Assembly: GCA_964247055.1 (NCBI GenBank)
Contig: OZ176050.1
Location: 9,052,001-9,116,000, forward strand
DNA: 64,000 nucleotides
Source: Paragordius varius
Taxonomy: Eukaryota; Animalia; Nematomorpha
Direction of reading: 5' to 3'
Position 1 is the stretch's first letter, and every line of letters begins with the position of its first letter. A program made the translations under genes and the position numbers. Of this stretch, positions 23,501-36,486 are shown in pieces. The notes beneath the pieces are model-generated. The model worked only from the letters and a program-made list of their open reading frames with translations. It made no database searches and was not told the origin of the DNA.

Positions 23501-26237
23501 ATTAGCATATACTTCATTTTCCCTAAAGCATGTAACTGGGTTCGTAGAAAGGGTTTCGCATCATCAGTGTCCATTTCTTTGCCCATTATTTGTCCTATTG
23601 TCGTCCTTTGATAGAAACAATTTATTTTTTATATAAAATAGTACTTTAAATATGATATTTCTTATTTTAAAATTAAAAATAATTTTCATATCGTTGCATC
23701 TTTTCTCGATTATCAAATCTATTTGAATTATACTCATAAAAATGTATACTATCGACCTATCTGTTTGCAAATTTAAGTTTCATTAATACAAAATTTAAAT
23801 TAAAAATTCTAAACCACTGACTAATAAATTTCACTTTTAGATCGTGAATCACCAAAACGTGAACAATTTTTCGGCTTCTAAAGCTGGTGGTTTTCAAACG
23901 AAAAATTGCACGCATTTGGTTTTAATGTGTAAAAATTTACAATTTTTATTAGCAAATACCATATTTTTAAGCCAAAATTTAACAGACTCTGAATTAAACG
24001 GCTTAAGTAAATGTTGATTAATTGAATATGGAAAAACATAGTAATATTTTAAAAATTACATTTTTGGCCGTTATTTAATAAAAAGCTGCGCCTAATATCA
24101 CGAATTCATAACCATAATAAAAATTACCCAATTTATCTATATATAAGTGAAATATAAAGAAAGATTGAAAAAAATAATAATAAAATATATTATACTTGAA
24201 TCCCATGTAATAAAAAGATAGCATAACCCATAAAATAATCAACAAAAGAAACTCCACTGGCAAGGAGTATACAATCCAATCCAAAAATTTAATACTTCCC
24301 TCTTCGCCAAAAATTCTATTTAATTTTTCATATATATAAAAGGATAAATTTAAATCAATTTTGTGTTGAGTCCTGAATTAACAAAATTATATAACAAACT
24401 AATATATATATAAATTAGTTTTATAGGTAGATAATACTCTGTCAATCTTTTGTTCAGAATTATATTTGTCCCTGATCCGATAGAAGTAGCCGTACCACCG
24501 AGGTTAGAGGCGTAAGCAATTCCAATAAATAAAAAGCATTTGATGCGAAACAACTGATGACCAGCAAAACTATGTTTTTCTCTAAGAAATATTATTTGAA
24601 ATATATTTCGATATTAGTTCAATTGGCTGAAACAAATTTCATCAGCCATGTAAAATTACTAGCTGACACATTCTTCAGAAAAAAATAATTAATACGAAAT
24701 GGTGAAAATAATTGGACTGGTAAAAAATATACAAATTTTTTAAAATTAATAAAAAAATCATTTTTTTAAGTCCTGTATCTAAAAATATAAAAATTAAATA
24801 TGGTCTAATAAATCCTAGCTTGAGGGCTTATTTAACCTTAAAATTATTTCCTATTTATAAATATTTATTTTAATAGATATATTTACACTCGGGTTTATTT
24901 AAATATTTTATGCAATAAAGGGTACCTGTGATCGCTTTCAAAATTTACTATACATTACTTTTAACCATATGTTAAAACGAATGTCTTAAGACCGATATTT
25001 CCTTATATAGATATATCTCGATAATACCTTAAATTCTATTGATTACATATGCTAGTAATGATTAGGGAATGTATAACAAATAATAACTTGATGTATTGTT
25101 TGTATCGTTCAGACTCAGTTGCTCCAGATTCTATTATTAAAAGATTTTTAAAGACAATCGTTATAAACTTTTTCTTTCAGATGATCTCAATAATACAAAA
25201 AATGGAAAAATACAGGATTTCCATGTCTTAAAGATCAGATATGTTTTTATTATCCTTAAGTGAAAAATAGTTTACTAATTTGTTTTGTCAGGCACTTATG
25301 CAATTTTTCGAAAGTACAAACCAGAAAATATAATAACTTCCTTTACCAAACCACGATTTCTAACCGCAGTATATATCATTTACACCTCAAATTCACCCTT
25401 AAACAATTCGAATCACCCTAAAATAAATTATGCGTTTTTAATATTAAAAATTCCTCTATTATTTTATATTTTCAAAAAATGAAATTTCGCTTTAACATAA
25501 TATCGAAAAAATAATAGACATTGCCATAAAAAAACAATACATATTAATAAGAGTTATATTACTCTGAAAACATAATTTATTTTTAGGGTGAATTTGAATT
25601 GTTCAAGGGTGTTGATTTGTTTGAGGATGCATTTTGGGTGTAAATGGTATATTAGATTTCAAAAATCATTGTTTTTTTGGGCCTTGTATATAGGATCAAA
25701 CAAAAAATATTGTACTGCCCTTATTTATGCCTTAAAAGTACAAGTATTTTCAGAGTTATTTTTGGTCGTGTGATATCGCTATGGTTTCACACATTTTTAA
25801 GGACCTTAATATGGATATCTTACGTAATTAACACATTGTTTAAAAGTCCTAACCTTTGAACATAATTTTTTCGACTAAATTATTTAAAACCCTATAAGGT
25901 TATTAAGCTTTAAAATGGTCCAATTTTATTTACGAGCTTATTCATAACTCTCACTGCTTTTTAAAAAATAAAAAATTATCATTGTTCATAAATTTTTGGA
26001 TGTAAAATAAATTTATCTCAAAATTGTACCATTTAAGTCGACCGATATGGATGGAGATGCTTTATTGGGATTTTCAACGATGGCTTTCAAACCGAGTTTT
26101 TCATATATTTTCTTATATTCATTCATTAAACGCAGTCCTATTGGCATCATGAGAGCAGCCGACGCAGCATCATTGACCCACATAGATATTAAAAACGTCA
26201 TTATCATTAGGCCCAAACCTAACCTTTGTGATAATCA

Positions 26238-26294
<57 letters not shown>

Positions 26295-28604
26295 ATAAAA
26301 AAATCATACATATTATCCTACACCCTGTGTCTTATTAAATATGTCAACTACTAAATAAGTCGAATTTTAACATAAACAATATAAATTTATAAAATGTCCA
26401 TGGATAGCACAATAATTTGAATATTTTATAAACTAAATAAGATATATAAATTAATTAAAATTAAATTTTAAAAATTGAAGCATAATATTAACACAAAATG
26501 TTCTGTAATTATGGGTTGATATTAATTTGGTTTAAAAGTGACAAGCCTATTTATTATAATTAAGGCACCTCTCTAAAATGCTTAAATTTCTGAGAAAAAC
26601 TTACTTCTTTTTGCATTTGTATTTGAATTCTTTTAAAAATATTCCTTTGCTTTTAAATAGTGATGATTTTAATTTTTATTTTTCTCATAGATGCTAATGA
26701 AAATAAAATATAAAATAAAAATTATTATATAATTAACACTCTACTATATTTATACATAATTGGTTTGGAACCCATGAAGAGCAATAATTTAAGAGCTATC
26801 CTATCTTGCATCTCGATATATTCCATAGCAGCTGCTATTACCATTGAAGAAAAATACAGTGTCATAGGATCCTATATAAAATCAATTTATAATGGTTTTA
26901 GAACTAAAAATCTTCCTATCAAAATATTGGTCAAAGGGTTGGTTTTCTTATATGAGCCTAATTTAATTTGATTATTTGTTTATGCAGGAGTTTAAAAACG
27001 CATTTTTCTATAATGTAAATAATTCATTTGAAATTTATTGGTTTAAACGAAACATACAATAAATGTCAAATATCCACAGACCCCCTGCAAAAAAGCAAAA
27101 AAGGACAGAATTATACGTATAAAATATCCAAATCCAGCTGTAGATGCTTGTAGGTGCTTCTCTTTATTAAGTAGGAACTAGAATCTGGGTATTTCCACTG
27201 CAAGATTTAATCTTAGAGTCTTTCCTGCCATAAACATGCCCCAAACATGAAAAACATGAATATTTTAAAGGGGCCCAAAAATATTTTGATTTGGTGTTAG
27301 CTGGAAATAAAACCGTAAATATTGGAAAAGTATTCTTAAAAAATATGGATTCCAGAGGCAACAATGATTTGAAACCGGAGCTAAAAAGGGTTATGGTTTT
27401 TAATTTATTTAATATAAATATGGCACATTGGTAATTATTCAAATTTGCTCCTATATTTTAGGGTTTGGTAACAACTATGGAGTCGTATATGGAACATTTG
27501 TGGGGAATGGACCCTAGGGGTTTTTTTTAATTAAATGTACACAAATTGAAATGGGGCAAATTATACTTTGCGAAAAAGCACTCTTATAAAATTAAATCTC
27601 ACTTTAATTCAACAAGCATTCGCTTTATATAAATATTGTAAAATTTGGAATAATACAGAGAATATGGTAAAAACATAAAGGCAAATATTTTTTTCAAAAG
27701 ACCATTAATCATACTTTTTTAACCTTGGCTTTTCCTATATAAATGTTTAATTACATCGAACAATATATAATTGATTTACCAATTTCCTGATACTTTGCAA
27801 GATAAAACAATAACTTATATTTAAAGAAATCAAGTGGGAAAAAGTATAGCGGTCTTTTGAAAATTAATATTTGTCCTTATGTTTTTTCTGTTTAATTTCA
27901 ATACTGTAATAATATTATTAGCATGTTTTAGTTGTAAAAATTTAGTTTACCTTAAAATAATATTTGGAGACATCATCGCTGCTCATGACAGAAAAGAGGG
28001 GAAAAAATGCAAGTGGTATCAATGATGCGATCGATAAAGGCAAACTTTGTATCAGTAGCAGACCAACCATTATTATTGTGATGTATAGACATTTGAGATC
28101 CTAAATAGATTTCATAAATTATACCATTTACACCTCATATTGACCCTTGAACATTTTGAATTTACCCTTGAACACTTCAAATTCACCCTGGAATATTTTA
28201 TATTCACCCATGAACATTTCATAGTTTAAAATATCTAAAAATATAGGTAACGATTGATATCCAAAAATACAAATTATTTTTAGGGTGAATTGTTCAAGGG
28301 TGAATTTAAAATGTTCAAGGAAGAATTTAAGTATTAAAGGGTGAATTTGAAATGTTCATGGAGGGATTTGAGGTGTAAATCTGCTATAATTTGAGCGATT
28401 GCATAATTTAGATTATTTATTAGGATGATTATTGTATATAACCTTTCCGGGATGCGTTAATCCACAAAACAGAAAAAACATCAAAAAAATTGCTATTGCA
28501 CCAAAAAAGCTTGCATTTCTCCAATAATATTTGCATAAATGTTTGACAAATTTAAAATTGATGCTCCCTATACACTTCAAATTGGTTAATTTGATTTTGT
28601 ACAT
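20554..28604 (-). CDS. SLC13/DASS family Na+-coupled di/tricarboxylate or sulfate transporter (INDY-like), about 13 exons
   Basis: Exons translate to LPLSIASLIPLAFFPLFSVMSSDDVSKYYFK; DPMTLYFSSMVIAAAMEYIEMQDRIALKLLLFMG; FLISMWVNDAASAALMMP; IAYASNLGGTATSIGSGTN; KILWEVILYMGSGLAIG; TELLNNVATASILIP; FSYMLPISAGPNAIAY; NTYGNLLFKFNEFPEWA. Stop at 20554-20556. The paralog cannot be assigned. Confidence 0.92.
21630..21822. mobile_element. MITE family 2 (Tc1/mariner-type), left end degraded
   Basis: Shares AAAAAACAAGAGCTCTATGG...CATAGAGCT and the GGATACATCACTG|TA end with the copies at 49684 and 57547. The left boundary is approximate. Confidence 0.7.
22550..22921. mobile_element. MITE family 1, most complete copy, with 21-bp subterminal tandem repeats
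   Basis: TIR TACCATTTACAGTTCAAATT / AATTTGAACTGTAAATGGTA, TA on both sides, and arrays of TTCAAATTCACCCTTGAACAA facing inward at each end. Confidence 0.85.
25374..25649. mobile_element. MITE family 1, diverged copy
   Basis: TATCATTTACACCTCAAATTCACCC ... GGGTGAATTTGAATTGTTCAAGGG ... GTGTAAATGGTA. Confidence 0.75.
26243..26289. repeat. (AT)n microsatellite
   Basis: Uninterrupted AT run of about 23 units in an SLC13 intron. Confidence 0.95.
28122..28387. mobile_element. MITE family 1, diverged copy filling most of SLC13 intron 1
   Basis: Starts TACCATTTACACCTC; inward-facing ACCCTTGAACA / TGTTCAAGGGT repeats; the right end GAGGTGTAAATCTG is degenerate. Confidence 0.7.
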
Positions 28605-29299
28605 GTGTAATATCACTTGATTCTAGAAGCAATACATGCTTATATAACAATTTATAAACATGAGACATATATATACTTGAACATTATATAAACATATATA
28701 ACTTAATTGGATACATTTCAGTTATAGTACAATTTCTGATGATATAACTTATTTGGAACGTGGCTTTATTGCTTCTTGTTTTGGCAAAAAATGTTTATAT
28801 TTCATGCATATGATTATGTAGAAGGTTAGTGTTGACAATGTATAACGATTTTGAAAAATTTAGGTCAACTGCCTGCCCTCACATAATTAAGACAAATTTC
28901 TAAGTTATGATTAGTAGCTCTTAAAAAGCTCGTCTTTTTGTTTTATTATGTGGGGAGTTTAAAGCCCGAGTTATATATTTGAAATGCTATTATTTCCTTC
29001 CGAAAGTTAAATAAAAATTTGATTCCTGAGATTTGAGCGGAAGCTGTTGAAAACTAACCTTAAAATTATGCATTATAGTTTAAGCCAATTAAAATTATTA
29101 ATACCAGTCTAAGTTTATTAGTATCCATCGCTTTTTGTGAAAAATTATATTAGTAATCGGGTCAAAATCATGATCAAGAAAATATTCGTCAAAATTGCGC
29201 TTATTTCAAATCTATAACAATATAAAAACCATTTATTATAATAATATGAATACAACATACAAATATATAATTTATTTAAAATAATATTACAGGATACAT

Positions 29300-30111
29300 T
29301 TAGCTTGTAACACACATTTTACAATGTAGACAAAATCTGTTAACACCATTTTTTCCCGTCTTTGTTATGTAATCGACAAAGTTATAAAATGCATTAAAAT
29401 TATGCGTGGTTTCGTTATAATACACAATTTTTTCCATCAAATCCATGTAATTACTGTGTTTGGAAGAGGACATCAATGTTGTTTTATTGTGTTTTTGATA
29501 CTTTCTCAATTTTCTAACCAATGAATTTTGCGATTTTTGCTGTTTTTTATAGGGTAATCTAGCTTTTCGGGATTCCTTTGCGCACCTATTTTTTTCAATA
29601 TTCGCTGGCTTGCCAACTGATTTTATAATAGATCCTCTGATGATGGTAGGACATGGTACTTCGGTTGAATTCCTATCTTTTGATTTATCATTATGTAATT
29701 CTTCTTTTTGATCGCATACGGTAATTGGTGAAGATATTGTTATGGGATCTGGGAATGTAGAAAGCAATGCTTTTAATCTCATCTTTGGAGGGAATTTGGA
29801 TATATCATTTTTGTGGTACTGCCGTTTCATGCTTAGGATGGATTCATTGCAGTTTGATATTAGAAATGAATTCATTGGCGTTTCTTTTTTGATACGGTTC
29901 TTAAATGCGTGGCGACGATAGTGCGTAAAACAATTTTCATTGCAAAAATTGTCAAAACCATTTGTCTTACCATCCGTTTTCCCGTTATTCTGGGTATTTT
30001 TGATATGGCTACACCACAGACAAACTATGTTCGATAAATAAAATTTCAGATACTTTAATGGTACGAAAATTTTAAAGAGCGATTTAAAAATTAATTAATA
30101 CCTGATTCCAT
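29300..30111 (-). CDS. FCS-type zinc-finger protein, SOBP (sine oculis-binding protein)-like, ~244 aa
   Basis: Exon 30111-30102 (ATG GAA TCA G) spliced to 30024-29300 extends the listed ORF: MESVCLWCSHIK...FCNENCFTHYRRHAFKN, which resembles the first SOBP finger (C.WC...FCSE.CF..CRR..FKR). Further upstream exons are possible. Confidence 0.55.
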
Positions 30112-31733
30112 ATATTAAGAGGTTTTTGGATTTAAACGAAATATACAGGAATATGTTAAACCAAAGTATCATATATCATTCTAGGAAATTGAGGCGCTTA
30201 GATATAGTAATTTATATTGGTATTTTCAATCACTAATATAAAACTATAAACTGAAGTAAATAGTAATAATTATGATCAGGCACAATAACAGACTTCAGTC
30301 AGTTTTGTCTTTTCTATATATTGCAATTTTTTATAAAATTGATTAACTGATATAGTGTTGTAGACAAAGATAGCTGATATTCAAATTTACAAAATTTTAA
30401 AATAATATTCTTAGATTTAATAAATAATTTATGAAAAAAACTAAACGGTAATGAATATCTTTTTAATGTGGGATTTTTAATGTCGAATATTTTATTGTTT
30501 ACATATGCAAGGAAAATGGAAAATTATTATTTCTCTTATAACTTTTACAAAAGTATTAAATATCAAATCTCTATGGAATCAGATTACAACGAAAAATATT
30601 GAAACATGGTTTCAATATTCTAAGAGACACATTTAATGTTCCGCTTTCACATCGTAAAAAGGCATATTATGAAAATTGAGATTTCACAATCACTAATTAA
30701 AATATTATTATGTTACCCGAATAGGGTTCATTTTTTGAAGAAATCATGGGTAAAATCGATCATTCTCGGTCTGACCTTAGGTCACAACCATGGTGGTTGA
30801 CCACTTTTTTTAGAAACATATGTGTAAATAATTTAATATAACTACTCATTTTATCGATAAATAAGTCATAAAAAAATATTTGATATTATCATGTATTTAT
30901 TCAATGTTTCCTAGATATTGATTATATGGGGGTAAATTTGTTGTTTGGACGATTTTTTCTTGAAGCATAGCCCTTTATTTAAATTTTGACACTATAAATG
31001 AATAATTGAAGCATTTTTTGAAATGTTTTACTATACTATATAACATAAGAATAATAATGTCTGCCTCTCAATCTCAAACTTGTTGTATCGATGTCCTTTT
31101 GGAGATTGTATTTAATTATTATACTTTTTCCTTGTAGATGAATATATATTGGCCTGGTTTTGCCTCGGAGCTTAAAACTTGATGAACAATATTTATGAGA
31201 ATCGATTTCAATAAAATGTAATAATTTACTTATTTTTGAGTTATTTTCCACATCAAAGCTATCTCTTATATTTAACCAATCAATATACTTGTGTGATATT
31301 TTAGGGACAATTTTCAAACAAAATATTTTTATAAAAAGGTAATTTAAAAACATCCTTACCTTGATAATTACCGCCATATATTTATACAAATTATTGTAAA
31401 ATAGCTAAAAAATCTGGCAAAACAGCAAATTTTGATAATATTAATTAGATGCACAACACAATCCGATTTGGGTTATTTTGAGTTTTTTTTTATTTTCATG
31501 GTTACTTCGGCCGCATTACACTGGGCCTAAAGACGGGGGGTAAAAAATATCCTGAATAAATTTATATATTCTGATGCTTTTGTTTTGCGCCTTACCAATG
31601 ATAAAAGAAAGTTAGTACCTTTTTTGTGGTAGTTACTTAATATCAGAAAATGGCAAAACTGAAAGCATGCTTCATTCCAAAAAATATCAGTAAATCTATC
31701 ATAAAAGTAAAACAATATAATAAATTTTAATTC

Positions 31734-32290
31734 GATGTGGCCACCAAAAGTCTGAAATTTTCGGACATGTTGGGTATTTTTTTTAACCTAAACGCAAAAA
31801 TTCCGATATTGAGCAATAAAAATAATTAAGTGCTAAATTTTGATATCAATAAAAGTGGTTATGGATTCCTTTAAAATTTAATTTTTACAAATTGGTAAAG
31901 GGAGATTTAAGGTATTTTGAAGCATAGTGGCAACTGTAAAAAAAACACCTTAAGATTGTCTATACAATTCGATTGCGTTGAAAAGTTCTCTTCAAATTTT
32001 AAATCCGATTTATCGATAAACAAGTCTTTTCTAAGGTGATAGAAATATTTATCATCAAATTAAAAAAATTAATTTATATTTAGAGTGTTTTTACAAAATA
32101 TGTTAAAAGTCGCTTCACTAAAAGCTATAAATATTATTTTTAATCAAAATACACAATATTTCGGGAAAAAATTTTTGGATGTAGAATTAAATAATTAAAA
32201 ATTTATCGCCGAACATAGTTTTTTTGCGTTTAATTTAAGAAACCTGCCCATAGACGGGTCCGAAAACTTGCATTTGTCGGTGCCTATATC
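31734..32290. repeat. Diverged inverted repeat pair (old foldback/MITE)
   Basis: 31734-31800 (GATGTGGCCACC...TTTTCGGAC...TAAACGCAAAAA) is an imperfect reverse complement of 32221-32290. Confidence 0.5.
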
Positions 32291-32385
32291 TAAATTTTAA
32301 ATTATAAAGAATTAATGATAAAGAATTTAGCTTTCATCATAAAAAATACTAGCAAAATTTACGTATGCCATTTTTAGATGTCTAG

Positions 32386-32914
32386 TTACCAAAAAAGTTG
32401 TAATAACTTTCTTATATCACTCGTAAGGCCCGAATCCTGATTCAGGATGTATTTTTGTCGGCACAGTATTATGAGATTTAACTCATTTAAGTACTCCTTG
32501 ATGCCGAGAAAGGTAAGCGGTGCATGTAAAGGAGGCCAGAGAAGAACAAGGTGGATGGAAGAATATTCTAAAAGAAACCAATTCATCTTTTGCAAAGCTT
32601 ATTATAAATATAGTAATTTATGAAATTTTGTTTACAATATTGAATAAGTTGACTTTGGCTGTAGCACCATATCCATCCCGAATAAATATTAAAATCTAGA
32701 CTTTTTTAATAAATATTTTAGTAAAACGTTTAATTATAACAACATCTATTTTTATGTAACATAGTGTCCACAAAAATATATATCCCGATAAAATATACAT
32801 ATTCTGATGGGAAAATGTATCAGGCTTATTATAGTGCATTTGGTTTCTTAGGAGTACTTTTTTGGCAACTGCTCCATACAAAAAATGGCAAAATTTGTGA
32901 CATTCTGTCAGCAA
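32386..32914 (-). CDS. Unidentified small spliced gene candidate
   Basis: Three minus-strand blocks join in phase across two GT-AG introns (...SGYIFLWTL|YFNIYSGWIWCYSQSQLIQY|SLQKMNWFLL...LLQLFW*). A competing plus-strand splice model exists, and no family was recognised. Confidence 0.3.
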
Positions 32915-33719
32915 AAAATTTTTTGGAAGCTAAATGCTTTATTCCAAAATTTAAAACTATAAATCTTATACACTATGTATCAAAAACAAAATAATATTTT
33001 TACAAATTTTAATTTTTAGATGTCCCGAAAATCCGTAATTGTTTCTGCCCTTAAAATATAGATATACTAAATTTTAGATCCAAAAAAGTTCCAAAAAATT
33101 GGATATTTGGCATAAACTTAATTTTATATCATATTTTTGTTGTAGCGTACTTCATACTCATTTGAGAAATGTTGGAAATGGCATAAAAACGCTTTACGAT
33201 GCTGAATATTTCTATCACATCCGAATTTTAAATTAAAAAATTGGTTAGTCCATAAATTTATATATAAATTGTTGTTTAAAAAATTTACCCAATTTTATAA
33301 GCAAACAAACTTTTAAATTAAAATTCCGAGGAATAAATGTTTAGCATCAAATTGTATAATAAATGTAAGCAAAACATCTATTTTTACGGTAATTCATGTC
33401 AAATTTATCATATTTTTTAAAGTTATATGTGCAATCTGAGCATTTTTACGCTTATTTTTAGAAAAATAAGAAAGTCAAAATATGTAATCCTTTCGCCTAT
33501 ATCAAATTAAAATTTTATAAAAATAATGATTTTCTATTTTTATTATTTTATGATTTAAGGGATATTTTCTAGAATAAAGCATTTAGCTTTTATAAAAAAA
33601 ATATATTTTACAAAATGTGCGATTATTTTCTGATACGGAGCAATTACCATAAAAATGTTAACTTTTATAAATCACTTGTGAGATTAAAATAAAGCACTGT
33701 AATTAACCAACTTATTCCA

Positions 33720-33756
<37 letters not shown>

Positions 33757-34277
33757 TCAGGATATTTACCCCCCAATTTGAGACGCATTGCAATCAATTA
33801 CAATTCAAAGTTCTGGGATAATATTTTTGGCCTTTAAGTATATTATGGTTATAACCACTGTTCTACAATAAAACTCAGGCATCAATGACCAAAAACGATA
33901 TAATATTAAAATTTTAATTATTTTATCGTAAACATTTTGAGGTAGTTTATTTATTTTGGTAGACACTTTAGCATTGATTAAAATTAAAAACGATATATAA
34001 TCATATAAAGTTTTATATAGTTTTTAAATTTGAATAGGGACGACACCCAATAGTATCCGTCTAAAAATAAAAAGATAATTAATTGCTGCATACGATGATA
34101 TAAAAATAAAGAAGTTTCTAACTAATATACTTCATAAATTTATAAAAAAATATAAGCATTAGACTTTGTTTTAGAAATTTACAAATTATATATATTGTAT
34201 AGAACTAGTTTATAGATATAAATAAAAAAGATCAAGTAGGTTTAGACAATTTGCTGTTCCATCCGTTTGGTGTCAAT

Positions 34278-35459
34278 ATGGCCGACTTCTCACAAAAGGT
34301 GTTCATAGGTGGCCTTAGTTTGGTAACTGATGAAAATTCTCTCAAAGAAACATTTACAAGATTTGGTAATGTAGTTGACAGTGTTATTATGCGTGATCCA
34401 ACCACAAACCGTAGCCGTGGTTTCGGATTCATTACATTCGACAATGCTCATTCAGTTGATCAAGTTATGAACAATCGTCCATATATTATTGATGGCAAAA
34501 AAGTTGATGCTAAAAGAGCAGTTCCTAGAGTGGTTTATATATTTGTTCATTATAGGGTAATAACGATTCTTTTTCATCCATGCCCAAAATATTTGTTGGG
34601 GGTTTGCGAGAAGGTGATACCGAAGATTTAATTAAGGATTATTTTTCTAAATACGGAAGAATTGTTGACGTCAACATTAAAACAAACCCTGTTACAGGGG
34701 CCCCACGTGGCTTTGCTTTTGTCACATTTGATGAAAATTGTCCGGTAGATAAATCCTTACGTAAATAAAGTATGTATATATAGCTCTTAGTGCTTGAAAC
34801 GCACTTCATAAATAATCATAAAGTAGATTTGAGAAAAGCTTTAAATAAATATGAATTAACTCATGTAAATGGTGGTAAATTAGATAATCCTTATACTAGT
34901 AGTAGTAATAATAGCTTTAAAGGTATATATGATTTTAATATTAAACCCATATAGATGCTTGGTCTACTCCCACTATGCCTATCAATAATAGCGTACCAAG
35001 TTACATTGGAAGTAAGGATATATTTAGTTGAATATGATGAAATTATGATAGGGACAAATGAACTTATGATTTGTTATCGATCTGATTTAATACACTTTTT
35101 AATTTTTTATGTATAATAAAAAAATATTTTGAAGCAGGTTATTCAAATCAAATTATGAATCATCAGCAACCTATGATGAATTCTTATCAGCAAACAACCA
35201 TCAATCCTTATGCTGCCACCGCCCAAAATTATGGTTCTGTCGATCCTAACAGTAAAATCTTACATTATTAATTTAAATAATTTCTTAAAAAATTTGTGTT
35301 TTTTATTATATAGGCCAAATGATGATGTATAATATGATGCAAAATTATTCCCCCATTGGAATGCAATCCAATCCTGGCTATAATAATAGTTTTATGTCTT
35401 CTGGACCGATAAAACATGACAAATTTGGGGTGCGATATAATCCATTAGCCCCAAAATAA
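34278..35459 (+). CDS. hnRNP A/B-type RNA-binding protein (two RRMs plus a low-complexity tail)
   Basis: KVFIGGLS...RDPTTNRSRGFGFITF...IDGKKVDAKRAVPR; KIFVGGL...RGFAFVTFD...HKVDLRKAL; N/Q/M/Y-rich tail ending GPIKHDKFGVRYNPLAPK, stop at 35459; introns of 26, 30 and 32 nt. Confidence 0.9.
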
Positions 35460-36282
35460 ATAGCAGATATTAATTGGTTTTCTATTGTTTGTACAAATTC
35501 ATATTTATTATACGTTATTCGAATTTTTGGAATTATAATAAATATGTTAGAACAAACTTTTGTATAATTGTAGCAAAATTATGGTAAAATATAATATATT
35601 TGATTAACACTTGAATACAACACATTCATTTCAGTCCTTTGATTCAGAATTAAATATTTTAAAAATATGGAATGATACCATGGCAAAGGCTTGCGCTTAT
35701 AAAAAATTGATTACTTGCCTAAAGGTAAAACTCAAAGGGTAAAATTTAGACAACATGTGTGCAAAAACTAAATATAAAAATAATGCATAATACCAGTTTT
35801 TCTGTTTATATCAATGTTAAATGTGATTTTTAGAAAAAGGTAATGCTTAATTTTACGCTTACAATCAAATAAACACGATATTTTTCAAAATTTCAAATAA
35901 AAATGGTCTCCAAGTAGTTTGATACGGAACTTTCTTTCCAAATTTAGAAATTTTGTCTTTTATATATAATTTTTATTAGGACAGAAGCATAAAATTAAAT
36001 TGGAACCGTTTCTTTTAGTAGTTTTTTAAAAATATCAATTTAATATTACTTGTTTGAATCGAAGTTTTAAGTCGAAAATAATTATAGCTATTTAGTACCC
36101 TTGATAAAAATCTAAAACCATATGCTATATTTAACATTCAAAAGAAATTTATATATTCGTCACAGCGCGTTTTCTCAATCGATGTTAGCTGAAATATAAT
36201 ACATTATCATTTTACTAGTATATCTATTTTTCGCTTTTCATTTATAACATCCTTTATTTGCAGCTTTGAAGGGGGCCTAGAG

Positions 36283-36486
36283 CAGTGGTACTCAGCAAAA
36301 AAATTAAAAGGACAAATTTTTTCTCAAGGGCCATAATAATACTGATAATAATTTCATAGCTGTATTACACATTTGTAGATTTTTATACTCCAAATATGTA
36401 CATCAAAAAGGTTAATAAATAATTTAGGGCCATAAAAAACCACTTTTAGGGACGCATGCTGGTGGATTGTGGTTTGAGCATCATTA
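36283..36486. mobile_element. hAT-type MITE
   Basis: CAGTGGTACTCAGC ... TTTGAGCATCATTA imperfect TIRs; 8-bp flanks GCCTAGAG / GACTAGAG. Confidence 0.65.

Noticed and set aside
27000-27500. Possible nested gene in an SLC13 intron (ORF 27167-27442)
   Set aside because: No recognisable motif or consistent splice model; probably a decayed repeat.
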